From the NCBI GenBank assembly GCA_964354285.1, contig CAYGYR010000001.1:518424-582423 (forward strand): 64,000 nucleotides of DNA, in the 5' to 3' direction. The position numbers and the translations under genes are program-made. Position 1 is the first letter of the stretch; each line of letters starts with the position of its first letter. The notes beneath the pieces are model-generated. The model did no database searches. It worked only from the letters and a program-made list of their open reading frames with translations, and was not told where the DNA came from. The DNA comes from an uncultured Methanosarcinales archaeon (GTDB lineage Archaea; Nanobdellota; Nanobdellia; Woesearchaeales; ARS49). Positions 1-8,159 of the stretch are shown here, in pieces.

Positions 1-1671
1 TGGGCACTGCAGAATGCCTTGAAATATGGTGGAAAAGCAAACATGGGTGCTGTGATAGGCAAGATACTGTCAGATCATCCTGAGCTAAAGGCAGAAATGA
101 AAGCAGTGAGCAAAGACCTGCAATTAATAATCACAGAAGTAAACAAGCTCGGAGTAAAAAAACAAGAAGAGGAATTAAAGAAAATAGCTCCTGAGCTTCT
201 TGAGGAAAAGCCAAAAGCAGAAAAGAAAGAGCTGAAAGACCTGCCTGATGCAATTGCTGGAAAATTTGTTGCAAGAATGGCACCATCACCATCAGGGCCG
301 CTGCATATTGGCCATGCTTACGGAGTTCTAATCAATTCAGAATACGCAAGAAAGTATCATGGAAAATTCATTTTAAGAATAGAAGACACTAATCCAGAAA
401 ACATCTACGAGCCAGCATACAAGCAGATTCCAGAAGATGCAAAATGGCTAACAAAAGACAACATAGGAGAGATTGCAGTGCAGTCAGACAGGCTCGGGCT
501 GTACTACGATGTTGTTGAAAAACTTGTTGGCCAGGGAAATGCATACATCTGCACATGCAACCCAGATATCTTCAGGGATTTGATGGTTGCAAAAAAAGCA
601 TGCCCGTGCAGAGATTTGCCAATAAAAGAGCACCAGAAAAGATGGGCAAAGATGTTTGGGGAATTCAAGCCAGGAGAGGCTGTTGTAAGAATAAAAACAG
701 ATGTCCAGCACCCAAACCCTGCAATGAGAGACTGGCCTGCAATGAGAATAAATGACCACACGCACCCAAGGCAGGGAACAAAACACAGGGTATGGCCTTT
801 AATGAATCTTTCAGTCGCAATCGACGACCACCTCATGGGTGTAACACATGTCATGAATGGAAAAGAGCATGCTGACAATGCAAAAAGGCAGAAATACATT
901 TTTGATTACATGGGCTGGACTAGGCCAACATACAAGAACTGGGGAAGAATCAATTTCATAGGCCTAGAGATAAGCAAGACCAAAACAAAACAAAAAATAG
1001 AATACGGAGAATATGACGGCTGGGATGACATAAGGCTGCCATTCCTTCCTGCAATGAGAAGAAGAGGATACCAGCCAGAAGCATTCATAAAATTCGCAGT
1101 TGACATGGGAGTCACGCTAAATGACAAAACCGTGACAGGAGAGGAGTTCTTCAAAAACCTGAACTCATGCAACAGGGAAGTTATAGAGCCGACATCAAAC
1201 AGGCACTTCTTTGTCAATGATCCTGTTGAGATAACAGTCGAGGGAGCTCCTGAACAGAAAGTTGAGCTGGACATACATCCTGACTATCCTAAGCGCGGCA
1301 AGAGAAAATTCAGCTGCACTGATAAGTTCTATGTGTGCAAAGAAGACATTGCCAAATTAAAAGACGGAAAACTATACCGCCTGATGGACTGCCTCAACTT
1401 CAAGAAAAAAGGAGACAAATACACTTTTGTAAGCAATGAATATGAGGATTACAAAGACAAAGGAGAGGCAATAATACACTGGCTTCCTGTCTCAAAAGAT
1501 TTAGTGAATGTTGAGGTTTTAATGGAAGACAAGACAACATTCAAAGGCCTTGGGGAATCAGGCATGGCAAAAATAAAAGCAGGAGACATTGTGCAATTGG
1601 AAAGAAGATTCTTTGCAAGGCTTGACTCAAAAGAAGGAAATTTGCTGAAGTTCTGGTTTACGCACAGGTAA
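1..1671 (+). CDS. gltX: Glutamyl-tRNA synthetase, archaeal/eukaryal class I type; N-terminal appended helical domain; ORF open at window start (5' partial)
   Basis: HIGH motif PSPSGPLHIGHAYG and a class I catalytic core; the reading frame continues upstream of nt 19 to the window edge. Confidence 0.85.
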   Translation, partial: WALQNALKYGGKANMGAVIGKILSDHPELKAEMKAVSKDLQLIITEVNKLGVKKQEEELKKIAPELLEEKPKAEKKELKDLPDAIAGKFVARMAPSPSGPLHIGHAYGVLINSEYARKYHGKFILRIEDTNPENIYEPAYKQIPEDAKWLTKDNIGEIAVQSDRLGLYYDVVEKLVGQGNAYICTCNPDIFRDLMVAKKACPCRDLPIKEHQKRWAKMFGEFKPGEAVVRIKTDVQHPNPAMRDWPAMRINDHTHPRQGTKHRVWPLMNLSVAIDDHLMGVTHVMNGKEHADNAKRQKYIFDYMGWTRPTYKNWGRINFIGLEISKTKTKQKIEYGEYDGWDDIRLPFLPAMRRRGYQPEAFIKFAVDMGVTLNDKTVTGEEFFKNLNSCNREVIEPTSNRHFFVNDPVEITVEGAPEQKVELDIHPDYPKRGKRKFSCTDKFYVCKEDIAKLKDGKLYRLMDCLNFKKKGDKYTFVSNEYEDYKDKGEAIIHWLPVSKDLVNVEVLMEDKTTFKGLGESGMAKIKAGDIVQLERRFFARLDSKEGNLLKFWFTHR

Positions 1672-1672
1672 A

Positions 1673-2008
1673 ATGGCATCTGCTTTTGCTTTAAAATTTA
1701 TTTTCTTTGGACTGCTTGCGCTTGCTGTCGCTCTTGAAGTTGTTGGAGACATATTTTTCAAGAAATGGTCCTTAGATAATAAGAATATTCTCTTGATACT
1801 TGGCTTAATCATTTATTTCATTGGAACAATCTTCTGGGCAGTCTCACTGAAATATGAGTTCTTGTCAAAAGCAATCTCTATATTCACAGTGCTTAACCTG
1901 ATCATTGTTGTATTAGCAGGAGTGATAATATTCAAAGAGGATTTATCTTGGATAAACAAAATAGGGATTGCGTTAGGAATATTGAGCGTAATACTGATAG
2001 AGATTTAA
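1673..2008 (+). CDS. Small 4-TM membrane protein, SMR/DMT-like
   Basis: 111 aa with four hydrophobic helices; starts 2 nt after the GluRS stop. Confidence 0.45.
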   Translation: MASAFALKFIFFGLLALAVALEVVGDIFFKKWSLDNKNILLILGLIIYFIGTIFWAVSLKYEFLSKAISIFTVLNLIIVVLAGVIIFKEDLSWINKIGIALGILSVILIEI

Positions 2009-2096
2009 TTAAAGATATTCGCTACACTGTCTGATATGGCAATCCATTTTCAAAAGAACAGGTATTTTTATAAATAACAACAATTTCTGATTTATT

Positions 2097-2948
2097 ATGG
2101 AAGCAACCAAACTTTATCAAAAGCTTGAGAAAGATTTCATCAACCCAGAGCTTAGTGATGACTGGGCAGAGCACATGGGCTCTGTTGCAGATTTCATTAG
2201 TGAAAACTACAAAAAAAGGTCAATGGGGATTGTCTGCGATTTCGCAACAGAAATAAACAAAGTCTACACAGCAGTATTTCCATCAAAAAAAGTCATGAAA
2301 AAAATTTTGGATGACGGAATCCAGGATGCAATGCTTTTTGTGCATCACCCTGCAATCTGGGACATAAGAAAAGCCCCTGCAGTTTTTCAACAGATGGACA
2401 GAAGTTTATTGCAGCAGTTTAAGGAAAAAAGAATCTCTATCTATAATCTGCATGTTCCTTTAGACAACTACGGCAAATACTCAACAAGCAACGCTCTTGC
2501 AAAAGCATTAGGAGTAAAGCCGCAAAAGCCTTTTGCGCCATATTTTGGCTCACTATGCGGCGTTTTTGGGAAGACAAATATTGCAAATGTTCAAGTCCTG
2601 AGAAAAAAGTTTGAGGAAGCAGTAGGGCACAAGGTCAGCTTATACGCGTATGGTGATGAAGAAATTAAAGACAGAACTATTGCAATCATTGCCGGCGGCG
2701 GAAATTCTATTGATGTGCTTGAAGCAATCGCAAAAGAAGGAGTAAATACCTTTGTCACAGGAATAACTGCAAAAAGCGACCATTCAAGAAAAGCGCATGA
2801 GTTTGCCGCAGTGCATAAAATCAATCTTCTGGGAGGAACCCATTACTCAACTGAAAGATTTGCCTGCATCGCAATGTGCGATTATTTTGCGAAAAAAGGC
2901 CTGCAATCTGAATTTATTGAAGACAAGCCAGTAATGGAAGATATGTGA
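2097..2948 (+). CDS. Nif3-family dinuclear metal centre protein
   Basis: Conserved His clusters (HHP, NLHVPLD, GGTHYSTE), typical length. Confidence 0.7.
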   Translation: MEATKLYQKLEKDFINPELSDDWAEHMGSVADFISENYKKRSMGIVCDFATEINKVYTAVFPSKKVMKKILDDGIQDAMLFVHHPAIWDIRKAPAVFQQMDRSLLQQFKEKRISIYNLHVPLDNYGKYSTSNALAKALGVKPQKPFAPYFGSLCGVFGKTNIANVQVLRKKFEEAVGHKVSLYAYGDEEIKDRTIAIIAGGGNSIDVLEAIAKEGVNTFVTGITAKSDHSRKAHEFAAVHKINLLGGTHYSTERFACIAMCDYFAKKGLQSEFIEDKPVMEDM

Positions 2949-3026
2949 ATTTTATTTTTTTCTGCCAAAAAATTTATAAACTCCTTCTGACAGAGTAAGG
3001 GAATATTGGGTTTTGAGGTGAAAAAT

Positions 3027-3188
3027 ATGCTTGTAGTCAAAGCAAAGATAAAAGAGATTGCCGGTGATTTTAATGTAGCTGGCGATTTTGCAGATGCCCT
3101 TAACAAGAAAACAGAGCAGCTGGTAAAAGATGCTCTTGACAGGGCAAAGGCAAACAACAGAAGAACAGTTATGGCAAAAGATATATGA
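3027..3188 (+). CDS. Small histone-fold-like DNA-binding protein (start at internal ATG after the GAGGTGA Shine-Dalgarno)
   Basis: Helix-loop-long helix pattern; the ending RRTVMAKDI resembles archaeal histone RKTIKAEDI; only about 53 aa, so alpha3 appears absent. Confidence 0.3.
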   Translation: MLVVKAKIKEIAGDFNVAGDFADALNKKTEQLVKDALDRAKANNRRTVMAKDI

Positions 3189-3189
3189 T

Positions 3190-3744
3190 TTATTTTTGAA
3201 GCCTTAATTTTTCTTTCAGTGTTTCTATTTTTTTCTGCACAGCAGAGAGCCTTGCTTTAGGGAATTTCTTGTTCTTCTTAGCTTCATTATATATTTTCTC
3301 AAGAGTCCTTATCTGCTGGGCAATATCACTCACTTCTTCCCTTTTCGTGCCAGCCTCTGACTTTATTTTTTGCTCAAGCTCCCGTATCCTTTTCTGCCTT
3401 GCATCACGCGTATCCATGTATCTTCCAAGCTTTTTCTCAAGAAGGTCTATTTTTTCTGCAATTGACTTGTGCTCGCTTTCCTCACTTATCTGCGCAGTGA
3501 GTATCCCTTTTTCCTTTCTGATAGTGTCTGCAATGTGCCTCTCAAGCTCCTCAACGTGCTTCTTGACAGACTCTGTGCTTATTTTCTTTAGCTGCGATAA
3601 TTTTATCTCAAGCTTTCTTCTTGCAAAATCTCTTTCCTCTATTTTTTTCTTTGATTTCCCGAGGTAATAAAGCAAACGCCTTGCTTTGCCTAGGTCTGTC
3701 TCTTTCTCTATATTGTCCTGAAATATGTCATCTTCAGAAATCAT
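3190..3744 (-). CDS. Charged coiled-coil protein
   Basis: K/E-rich heptad-like sequence; 4-nt overlap with the upstream gene. Confidence 0.4.
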   Translation of the reverse strand: MISEDDIFQDNIEKETDLGKARRLLYYLGKSKKKIEERDFARRKLEIKLSQLKKISTESVKKHVEELERHIADTIRKEKGILTAQISEESEHKSIAEKIDLLEKKLGRYMDTRDARQKRIRELEQKIKSEAGTKREEVSDIAQQIRTLEKIYNEAKKNKKFPKARLSAVQKKIETLKEKLRLQK

Positions 3745-4277
3745 ATTATCCCAAAGGTTCTTGGCCTTCTAGGCGGCGCAGGAGGAACACCTGGCATTGG
3801 ACCCATCTGCCTTGGAGGCATTGGCGGAAAAACTCCTGGCGCAGGCGCCCTTTGCATCGGCATTGGGAACTCTGGCTTCAGGTCAAATTCATCTGGAGCA
3901 AAGGACTCTTCTTTTTCAGGAGCTTTTCCTTTCATCCCTTTGACCATATCAGCAATAGCAACAATTCCCTCTGCAATGTCTGCATTCTGCTCAAGAATCT
4001 TGTCCATCTTGTCAGATACTGGCTTCATACGCTCCTTGAACGTGAGGCCCATCTCCTCTGATTTTATGGTGTGTGCTGCCTCATCAAAAATATTCAGCAG
4101 CCTGTCTATCTTCTTGTTCAGCTCTAATAAAGAAAGCCTTAATTTCTTTGTTGGGGTAATCTCAAAGTCCTTTAGCTTCTGCAGCTCGCTTTTTAACTCC
4201 TCAATCTCCTTATGAGGCAGAAGCTCATAATCCTCTTCCTCATTTGCCATAGAAATATCTTTAAGGTTCTCAACCAT
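3741..4277 (-). CDS. Coiled-coil protein with a Pro/Met-rich C-terminus
   Basis: ORF translationally coupled to 3190..3744. Confidence 0.4.
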   Translation of the reverse strand: MVENLKDISMANEEEDYELLPHKEIEELKSELQKLKDFEITPTKKLRLSLLELNKKIDRLLNIFDEAAHTIKSEEMGLTFKERMKPVSDKMDKILEQNADIAEGIVAIADMVKGMKGKAPEKEESFAPDEFDLKPEFPMPMQRAPAPGVFPPMPPRQMGPMPGVPPAPPRRPRTFGII

Positions 4278-4408
4278 AATGCATCACCACTTTTTTTGAT
4301 TTTTAAATGTATATCTATTACCATATACTATTTTGTTTATAAATATTTCGCTTGATATTTCTTAAAAAAGTATTTATAATACCTGTTGTTTCAAGCCATT
4401 GGTTGGAC

Positions 4409-4789
4409 ATGGGAAACATACATCATACGCAGACAAGAAATATAACCGCAATTGTTGATAAGTGCGGCGTGGCAAGAAAAGTAATCTATTCTAATTTTTC
4501 TTTGGTTACCCTTCTTCCTGGCAAACGCGAGAGGATGCACTTTCATGGCAAAATGGAAGAGCTTTATTTCTGCTTACTGGGCTATGGCAGGATTGCTTAT
4601 GTTGATGGTGAAAAGGAAATAAAAGGCCCCCGTGAATTTATAGCTGTCCCAAAAGGCATGATGCATATGATTGTAAATGACAGCCAGGCAAACCCTCTTG
4701 AGCTTATTGCCGTGAATAATCCTGTATATGATGCAGCAGATGTTTTATTCGAAGAAGACTTAAAATATATTGAAGAAGAAGGAAAATAA
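4409..4789 (+). CDS. Cupin-domain protein
   Basis: HFHGKMEE...H cupin metal motifs; internal start chosen. Confidence 0.5.
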   Translation: MGNIHHTQTRNITAIVDKCGVARKVIYSNFSLVTLLPGKRERMHFHGKMEELYFCLLGYGRIAYVDGEKEIKGPREFIAVPKGMMHMIVNDSQANPLELIAVNNPVYDAADVLFEEDLKYIEEEGK

Positions 4790-4795
4790 AAAAAT

Positions 4796-6427
4796 TTATT
4801 CCATTCCAGGATGTCTGCCAGGAGGCATGCCAGGCATTCCGCCTTCAGGCATCTTTCCGCCTGCAATAACATCATCAATCCTCAGAATCATCTGAGTGAC
4901 TTCTGCTGCAGATGTTATTGCCTGGGTCTTTATCTTCAATGGCTCAATGACTCCAGCTGCCCAGCTGTCAACAACTTTTCCTTTGAAAACATCAATGCCA
5001 GCCCATTTCTTTTTCTGGTCATGAGCTGCCTTCATCTCTGTAAGAACATCAATCGGGTCAAGCCCTGCATTTTCCGCAAGAGTCCTTGGGACGATCTCAA
5101 GGGCGTTTGCAAAGCCAAGCACTGCAAGCTGCTCCCTTCCAGAAAGGCTGTTTGCAAACTTTCTCAACTGCCTTGCAACCTCTATCTCAGGAGCGCCAGC
5201 CCCTGCAACCACTTTTCCAGTCCTCAAAGCAGCAGCAATATCACCAATAGCATCTGTCATCGCCCTTCTTGCCTCTGCAACAACATGCTCTGTCCCGCCT
5301 CTGACAATAATAGTTACTGCTTTCGGATTCTTGCAGCCAGTGATGTACATCATCTCTTCATCACCGATTTTTTTGCTCTCAACAAAACCAGCCCTTCCAA
5401 GGTCTTTCGCGCTTAAATCATCAAAGTGTGTCACAATCCTTGCAGCTGTCGCCCTTGCAATAGCTTCCATGTCTGATTTCTTCACTCTTCTGGCAGCCAT
5501 TATGCCTCTCTTTGCAAGGAAATGCTGAGCCATGTCATCAATCCCTTTCTGGCACAATACAACATTTGCCCCTGACGCAGTAATCTTCTCAACCATGTTA
5601 AGGAGCATCTTCTCTTCCTGCTCAAGGAATGCCTGCATCTGCATAGGATCTGTTATTGAGATTTTAGCATCAATCTCCGTGTCTTTTATCTCCACAGCAG
5701 AATCAATAAGAGCAATCTTCGCATCACTAACCAATTTTGGCATGCCAGAATGCACAACCTCTTTCTCAATGACTATCCCGTCAATTAATTCAGTGTCCTC
5801 AACAGACCCGCCGACTTTTTTCTCAAGCTTTATGTTTTCCTTGTCAAAGACAAATCCTTTATCACTTTTGTCAATGACTTTCTTGACTGCCTTCACAGCA
5901 ATATCACTCAATATTTCTTTTGCAGACTCAGCACCTTTTCCTGTGATCGCGGTCATTGCAATCTTTTTCAGTGTCGGGTCATCTTTCTCTGATATCGTCT
6001 CGCTGATTTCATTAAGAATCTCAATTGCCTTGCTTGCAGCCTGCCTGTATCCTTTTGCAATCACAGTCGGATGAACATTCTGGTCAAGCAATTCCTCTGC
6101 CTGCTTCAAAAGCTCTCCTGCAATTATCACTGCAGTTGTTGTTCCATCGCCTATCTCATCTTCTTGAGTCTTTGCGATCTCAACAATCATCCTTGCAGCA
6201 GGATGCTCAACATGCATCTCCTCAAGAATTGTCACGCCGTCATTTGTCACAGTGATGTCTCCCATGCTGTCAACAATCATCTTGTCCATGCCTTTTGGGC
6301 CAAGAGTTGTGCGCACAGTCTCTGCAACAAGCCTTCCAGCCATGATGTTGTTTCTCTGGGCACTCCTTCCGGTGTTCCTTTGAGTCCCTTCTGGTAATAT
6401 GAATATTGGTTGTATTTCCCTTGCCAT
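4796..6427 (-). CDS. ths: Thermosome subunit (group II chaperonin)
   Basis: [16 protein letters not shown], and a GGMPGM C-terminal tail. Confidence 0.95.
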   Translation of the reverse strand: MAREIQPIFILPEGTQRNTGRSAQRNNIMAGRLVAETVRTTLGPKGMDKMIVDSMGDITVTNDGVTILEEMHVEHPAARMIVEIAKTQEDEIGDGTTTAVIIAGELLKQAEELLDQNVHPTVIAKGYRQAASKAIEILNEISETISEKDDPTLKKIAMTAITGKGAESAKEILSDIAVKAVKKVIDKSDKGFVFDKENIKLEKKVGGSVEDTELIDGIVIEKEVVHSGMPKLVSDAKIALIDSAVEIKDTEIDAKISITDPMQMQAFLEQEEKMLLNMVEKITASGANVVLCQKGIDDMAQHFLAKRGIMAARRVKKSDMEAIARATAARIVTHFDDLSAKDLGRAGFVESKKIGDEEMMYITGCKNPKAVTIIVRGGTEHVVAEARRAMTDAIGDIAAALRTGKVVAGAGAPEIEVARQLRKFANSLSGREQLAVLGFANALEIVPRTLAENAGLDPIDVLTEMKAAHDQKKKWAGIDVFKGKVVDSWAAGVIEPLKIKTQAITSAAEVTQMILRIDDVIAGGKMPEGGMPGMPPGRHPGME

Positions 6428-6495
6428 AGATATCTAAACCCCCTGCTAATTCTATGAAAAAAATGAATGAGTGGATGTTTATAAACCTTGTGTAA

Positions 6496-6906
6496 TTACT
6501 TGTCTCTCTCCTGCTTAACAACTGCCTTATAGATGCAGAAATCAATTACATCAATCCTCTTGGTATCTGGATTGTAGGCAATGACTTCCCGCACGCCAGG
6601 CTTTTTAACTCTCTTCAGCCCGACATAATCCTGGTAGTTGATATCTATTGGCATGACTTTATCGCCTTTCCAATAAGCAACTTCTGTTGGGACAAGGTTT
6701 CCAGATTCAAGATCTGCAACAATATCATCAAGCGCAGCCTTACTGACTTTAGGCAGCCCCTTCATGTTTAGGACGTCCTTGTTATCAAAGTTTGCAGGCG
6801 TGCTGCTTTGCACTTTTATTCTGAAATTATATGCGCTGGTCTCCTTTGAAAGCGGGTCTGCCTGCTTATCCTCTTTTTCATATGCTTTAAATCTTCCACT
6901 CACCAT
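6496..6906 (-). CDS. Hypothetical protein
   Basis: ORF only. Confidence 0.35.
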   Translation of the reverse strand: MVSGRFKAYEKEDKQADPLSKETSAYNFRIKVQSSTPANFDNKDVLNMKGLPKVSKAALDDIVADLESGNLVPTEVAYWKGDKVMPIDINYQDYVGLKRVKKPGVREVIAYNPDTKRIDVIDFCIYKAVVKQERDK

Positions 6907-6988
6907 TATGTCTCCCCTCCGAATTCAAAATTAATGCATGGGAAATTAAAGTTTTATATAAATTTTACTAATTGCTTATTTTTTATAA

Positions 6989-7140
6989 CGCAGACTCGCT
7001 GGTGAGTCTGCGGGATACAACGAAAATCTTCGATTTTCGTGTACACAAAATTCCGCGGAATTTTGTTGTAACAAATTCAAGCCGCATCTTAAGCTCTGTA
7101 TTCCCAATCTACTGGGTGAGATTTTAAGGCTTGAATTTGT
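6989..7140. repeat. Array of four perfect palindromic hairpins: CGCAGACTC(gctggt)GAGTCTGCG; ACGAAAATC(ttc)GATTTTCGT; ACAAAATTCCG/CGGAATTTTGT; 13-bp inverted repeat ACAAATTCAAGCC...GGCTTGAATTTGT
   Basis: Read directly from the sequence: 6989-7012, 7020-7040, 7045-7066, 7071-7083/7128-7140. Confidence 0.7.
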
Positions 7141-7555
7141 TATAAAACCAGCAAGTCTCTTTTTCAAGCTTGCTTTTTTTCTGTGTAAGAACATAAATCC
7201 TGCCAACATCATTATTTAGGTCAATACCTGCTATGTATGCAAGCCTTGCTTCAAGGCCCTGTTTTTCTGCAGGAATCCTTATCACACTGCCCACATCAGA
7301 AGCAGTATACTTACATTGCGGAGTATGCATCTGCAAGGAATTTTTTGCATCTTGCCCTGCAGTATTTTTCAAAGCTTCAATAACTTTGCTCGCATCATAC
7401 TTTGGAAAGTCAGCATGCGCATATCTATCCTTTTTTGCAGAGCTTTTGCTGCCTGCTGAATAATCATTGTCATCTTCACGCTCATCTATGGCTGCCTGCG
7501 CCCAGATCTTGTCTGTGTCCCTTCTTTTCAGGACAGATATATCATCTTTTGTCAT
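7124..7555 (-). CDS. Hypothetical protein
   Basis: ORF only. Confidence 0.35.
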   Translation of the reverse strand: MTKDDISVLKRRDTDKIWAQAAIDEREDDNDYSAGSKSSAKKDRYAHADFPKYDASKVIEALKNTAGQDAKNSLQMHTPQCKYTASDVGSVIRIPAEKQGLEARLAYIAGIDLNNDVGRIYVLTQKKSKLEKETCWFYNKFKP

Positions 7556-7573
7556 TTTAGTTCACCCACCTGC

Positions 7574-7822
7574 TCAAAAATAAACATCTATGCTTTCATG
7601 GCTTGGAGCATCCTCTCCACGTGCACGCCCGCCCTTGAAAAAGTATGGCTCTTTGCTGTACATTTTTTTCAGATCAGAATCTTTTTTCATTAATTCTTTG
7701 AACTCCTCTGGGGTGCCGCCGCATGCATAGCACGCTTCAGCCATCACTGCGCAAATGCTTTCCTCAGTGGCGGTTCTTACTCCAATATGTTCATTATCTC
7801 CACTCATCTTGATTACCTCCAA
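7574..7822 (-). CDS. Small Cys-containing hypothetical protein
   Basis: ORF with a CAVMAEACYACGG motif. Confidence 0.3.
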   Translation of the reverse strand: MEVIKMSGDNEHIGVRTATEESICAVMAEACYACGGTPEEFKELMKKDSDLKKMYSKEPYFFKGGRARGEDAPSHESIDVYF

Positions 7823-7865
7823 AGCAAATAAATAGGAATTAAACGGCGGTTTATAAAGATTTTGA

Positions 7866-8069
7866 CCAAACTTTGGGAAAGTTTAACCAAACAAAGTTTG
7901 GTGAGACCCCAAAAACGCTTCGCGTTTTTGATGGTTTGATCAAAATGCGCTCCTCGTTCAGGCTCGAGAAGCATTTTATCGGCTGTTTTTCTTGCGAAAA
8001 ACAGAGGTTCTACTCTTCTGTCGGAAACTTGTAAAGTTTCCGAGCACCGTCAGAAAACGTTGTTTTCTG
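7866..8069. repeat. Array of six perfect short hairpins in a divergent intergenic region
   Basis: AAACTTTgggAAAGTTT 7868-7884; CCAAACaaaGTTTGG 7887-7901; AAAAACGCttcGCGTTTTT 7911-7929; CTGTTTTTCttgcGAAAAACAG 7983-8004; CGGAAACTTgtaAAGTTTCCG 8022-8042; CAGAAAACgttGTTTTCTG 8051-8069. Confidence 0.7.
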
Positions 8070-8159
8070 AGGTCTCGCCTTCACGATGTCGCGCAGACGT
8101 TGATTGTGGCTCATGAAGTCTTGCAAACATTTTTAAATCCAATATTGTTCTTGATTTTT

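Noticed and set aside
3006-3026. Longer start for the histone-fold-like ORF
   Set aside because: The GAGGTGA Shine-Dalgarno lies inside the extension. The downstream ATG with correct spacing is preferred.
5331-6397. Several 60-200-aa ORFs antisense to the thermosome, FtsZ, ligase and other large genes
   Set aside because: They sit entirely inside well-supported genes on the opposite strand and have low-complexity, composition-driven sequence.
6976-7212. 78-aa ORF across the hairpin array
   Set aside because: It is translated through consecutive palindromes and overlaps the 3' end of 7124..7555. It is most likely non-coding.
7992-8159. 5' extension of the large ORF from an alternative (TTG) start at 7992
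   Set aside because: The extension is translated straight through three perfect hairpins of the intergenic array. The first ATG at 8160 gives a sensible start.
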